Below, one piece after another: positions 61,515-64,000 of a stretch of DNA of 64,000 nt. A program made the translations under genes and the position numbers. Every line of letters starts with the position of its first letter. Position 1 is the first letter of the stretch. The notes under the pieces are model-generated. The model did no database searches and was not told the origin of the DNA. It saw only the letters and a list, made by a program, of their open reading frames with translations. The DNA is from Bacteroidota bacterium (lineage in GTDB: Bacteria; Bacteroidota; Bacteroidia; Bacteroidales; UBA4417), in contig JACAAZ010000021.1 in NCBI GenBank assembly GCA_013376995.1, positions 9,952-73,951 of the forward strand. Reading direction: 5' to 3'.

Positions 61515-64000
61515 CTAATAATACTCCTTTATATACCCATACGCCCTATCAAACAGCACCTGGTCCTTGTGCAATTGGTATTTCAAGAGAGCTTTCCGAA
61601 GCGATTGCTGGACTTCTCTCTCGCCTGATGTAGTGTTTTGCCAACCAGGAAAGCTTACAACCCTCACGATAGCATCGATATCTGTGACAATCCGTTCAAC
61701 AACAGCAGGAGTCTGATCAGATTTTAATTCCAGGAAGAGTTCGGTTAATGCGGCTTTGGGCGTTTTTTGCTGTAGTAGAAGTTCCAGTTCTTTTTCGGCC
61801 TGGACGGTTTCTTTGGCGAGTTTGCAAAGTTCCTTTACAAACTCTATGGATGTAATCAGGCCCTGTTCAGCTTTATCGCGTAATTCTTCCAGGCGTTCAC
61901 TGAGCTTCTTGAATTTAGGATTGCCGGGAAATTTCTGGAATCGTTTGATCAGGATCTTCTCAAGCTTCTTAGCGTTTTTGGGATCCGGGTTGTTAAAGAT
62001 GTTATCAATCACCTCGGCATCCAGAAGGAATTCATCTAACTGGTGAATTTCTCCTACATGTATGTTCTCATGGATCAGTTTGGTTGTCTGAGCACCCAAA
62101 GAGAACCACAACAGCTTTCCTATAGTGTCAACCGCAGGCTTTACAGATACAAATACCTGGCTCAGCCATTTGTAATCCTGGTTATAGGGATTGAGAACTT
62201 GATCCGGGGAAAGGGATTCCCATAGGTTATATAAGTACTTGAAATCCTTCGCAAACGCATCTTTCTTCTCGTTGGTATTGATGGCATTCTGGGCAGTTTC
62301 AAGTCCTTCAAATCCTTCTATAGTCCGGTCAACTCCCTCAAAATGCCTGAGTGCATTTTCCATGGCCTCGGGCAATTCTTCACTTAAGCGTGCGAGGTTG
62401 GTAATGATGTTATTCATGCTTTTCTCATCAAACTCCAGGGCTTTGGCGGCATTATCAAATACTCCAAAGTAATCCACTATGCGCCCGAAGGTTTTGTTGG
62501 GAAATTTCCGGTTGGTTCGGCAAATGGCCTGCAATAGCGTATGATCTTTTATTGATTTGTCAAGGTACATGGTCTGCAAAAGGGGGGCATCGAAGCCGGT
62601 AAGCAATTTTGCAGTTACAATAAGGAATTTCAGATCAGAATTGGGATCATTGAAATCATCAGTTATCTTTTCCTGCTGGGCCTTATCAATACCCCATTTC
62701 TGCTTGAAGGAGTATTCGTCATTGGCCGACGTAGAAATTACCACCTTGCTGGCTTCAGCGGGCAAGTACTTATCCAGTTCTTCCTTGTACTGAACACAGG
62801 CAAACCGGTCAGGGGTGACAATCATGGCTTTGAATCCCTGGGGAGCCACTTTTTCTTCGTAATGTTCTGCAATGTCTTTAACTATCCTGGCAACTCGTTC
62901 CGGAGCTTTTAAAAAGGCAGCCATTTTCGCTGATTTCCTGTTCAGGGCATCGGCTTCTTCATCGCTTAAGGCTGCGCTTTCCTTAAATTCTTCAAAGGCT
63001 TTGTCTATCGTTTCCCTGTCAACATGCACATCCAGCAGGCGTGGCTCAAAGTGCAATGGCAAAGTAGCCTCATCCCGCAAAGAATCCTGGAAAGTATAGC
63101 GTGAAAGATACCCTCCCTGGTCTTCAGTTGAACCGAAAGCCCAGAAGGTGTTTTTATCTGCCTTATTCACAGGGGTCCCTGTTAAGCCAAACAGGAAAGC
63201 ATTGGGCAAGGCGGCACGCATTTGACGGCCCAGGTCTCCTTCCTGGGTACGGTGTGCTTCATCAACCAGGACAATGATGTTTTCCCGGGTATTCATATTT
63301 GGCTTCGCGTCCTTGAATTTATGGATGGTGGAGATGATAATCTTCCTGGTATCCCTTTCCAGCATAGTTTGTAATTCATTTATGCTGTCAGTCGATTCCA
63401 CATTTGGGATATCGGCTGCATTGAAAGTGCCGGTTATCTGGGTATCCAGGTCGGTTCGATCCACCAGGACGATGACTGTAGGACTCTTTAATTCCGGGTC
63501 TCTGCGAAGCTTTTGTGCAGCAAAGACCATCAACAGTGATTTGCCTGAACCCTGGAAATGCCAGAGCAATCCTTTCTTTATCAGACCTTGCTTCACTCTC
63601 TCGACAATCAAGTTTGCACCTTCATATTGCTGGAAGCGGCAAATGATCTTGATCCTTTGTTTCTTTTTATTGGATGCGAACAAGGAAAAATTCCGAAGTA
63701 TGTCCAACAACCTCTGTGGACTGAGCATATCGGAAATTTCTTTCCCTATTTCACCGAGACCAAGTTGTTTGGCTATTGCATCCTCATCACCTTCGATACG
63801 CCAGGGAGCCCATAATTCCAGGGGACAGCGGATAGCACCATAAAACAGCTCCTTCCCCTCGGATGCAAAAGATAAGATATTGGGGACAAACAATTGTGGG
63901 ACTGCATTTTCGTATACATCATGTATTTCGTGGGCTCCATCCAACCAGCTGACAGATGGACGGATAGGTGTTTTGGCTTCGCCGATCACAACCGGGATTC
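61515..64000 (-). CDS. hsdR: Type I restriction endonuclease subunit R (5' partial)
   Basis: IGEAK nuclease motif, WHFQGSGKS, DEAHR, TGTP, LLTGFDAP, QAICRTNR; frame runs off the window. Confidence 0.93.
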   Translation of the reverse strand, partial: IPVVIGEAKTPIRPSVSWLDGAHEIHDVYENAVPQLFVPNILSFASEGKELFYGAIRCPLELWAPWRIEGDEDAIAKQLGLGEIGKEISDMLSPQRLLDILRNFSLFASNKKKQRIKIICRFQQYEGANLIVERVKQGLIKKGLLWHFQGSGKSLLMVFAAQKLRRDPELKSPTVIVLVDRTDLDTQITGTFNAADIPNVESTDSINELQTMLERDTRKIIISTIHKFKDAKPNMNTRENIIVLVDEAHRTQEGDLGRQMRAALPNAFLFGLTGTPVNKADKNTFWAFGSTEDQGGYLSRYTFQDSLRDEATLPLHFEPRLLDVHVDRETIDKAFEEFKESAALSDEEADALNRKSAKMAAFLKAPERVARIVKDIAEHYEEKVAPQGFKAMIVTPDRFACVQYKEELDKYLPAEASKVVISTSANDEYSFKQKWGIDKAQQEKITDDFNDPNSDLKFLIVTAKLLTGFDAPLLQTMYLDKSIKDHTLLQAICRTNRKFPNKTFGRIVDYFGVFDNAAKALEFDEKSMNNIITNLARLSEELPEAMENALRHFEGVDRTIEGFEGLETAQNAINTNEKKDAFAKDFKYLYNLWESLSPDQVLNPYNQDYKWLSQVFVSVKPAVDTIGKLLWFSLGAQTTKLIHENIHVGEIHQLDEFLLDAEVIDNIFNNPDPKNAKKLEKILIKRFQKFPGNPKFKKLSERLEELRDKAEQGLITSIEFVKELCKLAKETVQAEKELELLLQQKTPKAALTELFLELKSDQTPAVVERIVTDIDAIVRVVSFPGWQNTTSGEREVQQSLRKALLKYQLHKDQVLFDRAYGYIKEYY

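Larger units (their letters stand above)
37917..64000. mobile_element. Genomic island integrated at tRNA-Phe (right end outside window)
   Basis: Integrase 150 bp after the tRNA; visibly AT-richer cargo of adhesin-like and defence genes; no attR seen. Confidence 0.75.

Overview
Bacteroidota (probably Bacteroidales; inferred from TAnnTTTG promoters, susC/susD and a T9SS C-terminal domain) chromosomal window in three parts. (1) 1-9 kb, housekeeping: tail of a multiheme cytochrome c, SDR/DUF2867, BlaI-BlaR/TonB-TonB, hflX, esterase, trpS. (2) 9.3-35.5 kb: a LacI-controlled starch/maltodextrin PUL (GH13s, GH31, MFS, SusC/D/E/F-like) extended by TreS, a HAD-GH65 fusion and a P-loop kinase, with an attC-like solitary cassette inserted; then rng, an unannotated bS22-type gene, HU and tRNA-Phe. 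(3) 37.9 kb to the window end: an island at tRNA-Phe carrying a tyrosine integrase, five secreted proteins and a defence-like block (HExxH protein, coiled-coil/nuclease/WYL protein, partial hsdR). Best novelty candidate: two independent gene pairs in which a secreted beta-helix protein with a conserved two-strand tail precedes a large protein carrying 11 or 4 'EYFFDxDPG' repeats that look like Ig folds missing their first two strands. This suggests a strand-complementation scaffold (hypothesis). All family calls are by eye from motifs; no searches were run.
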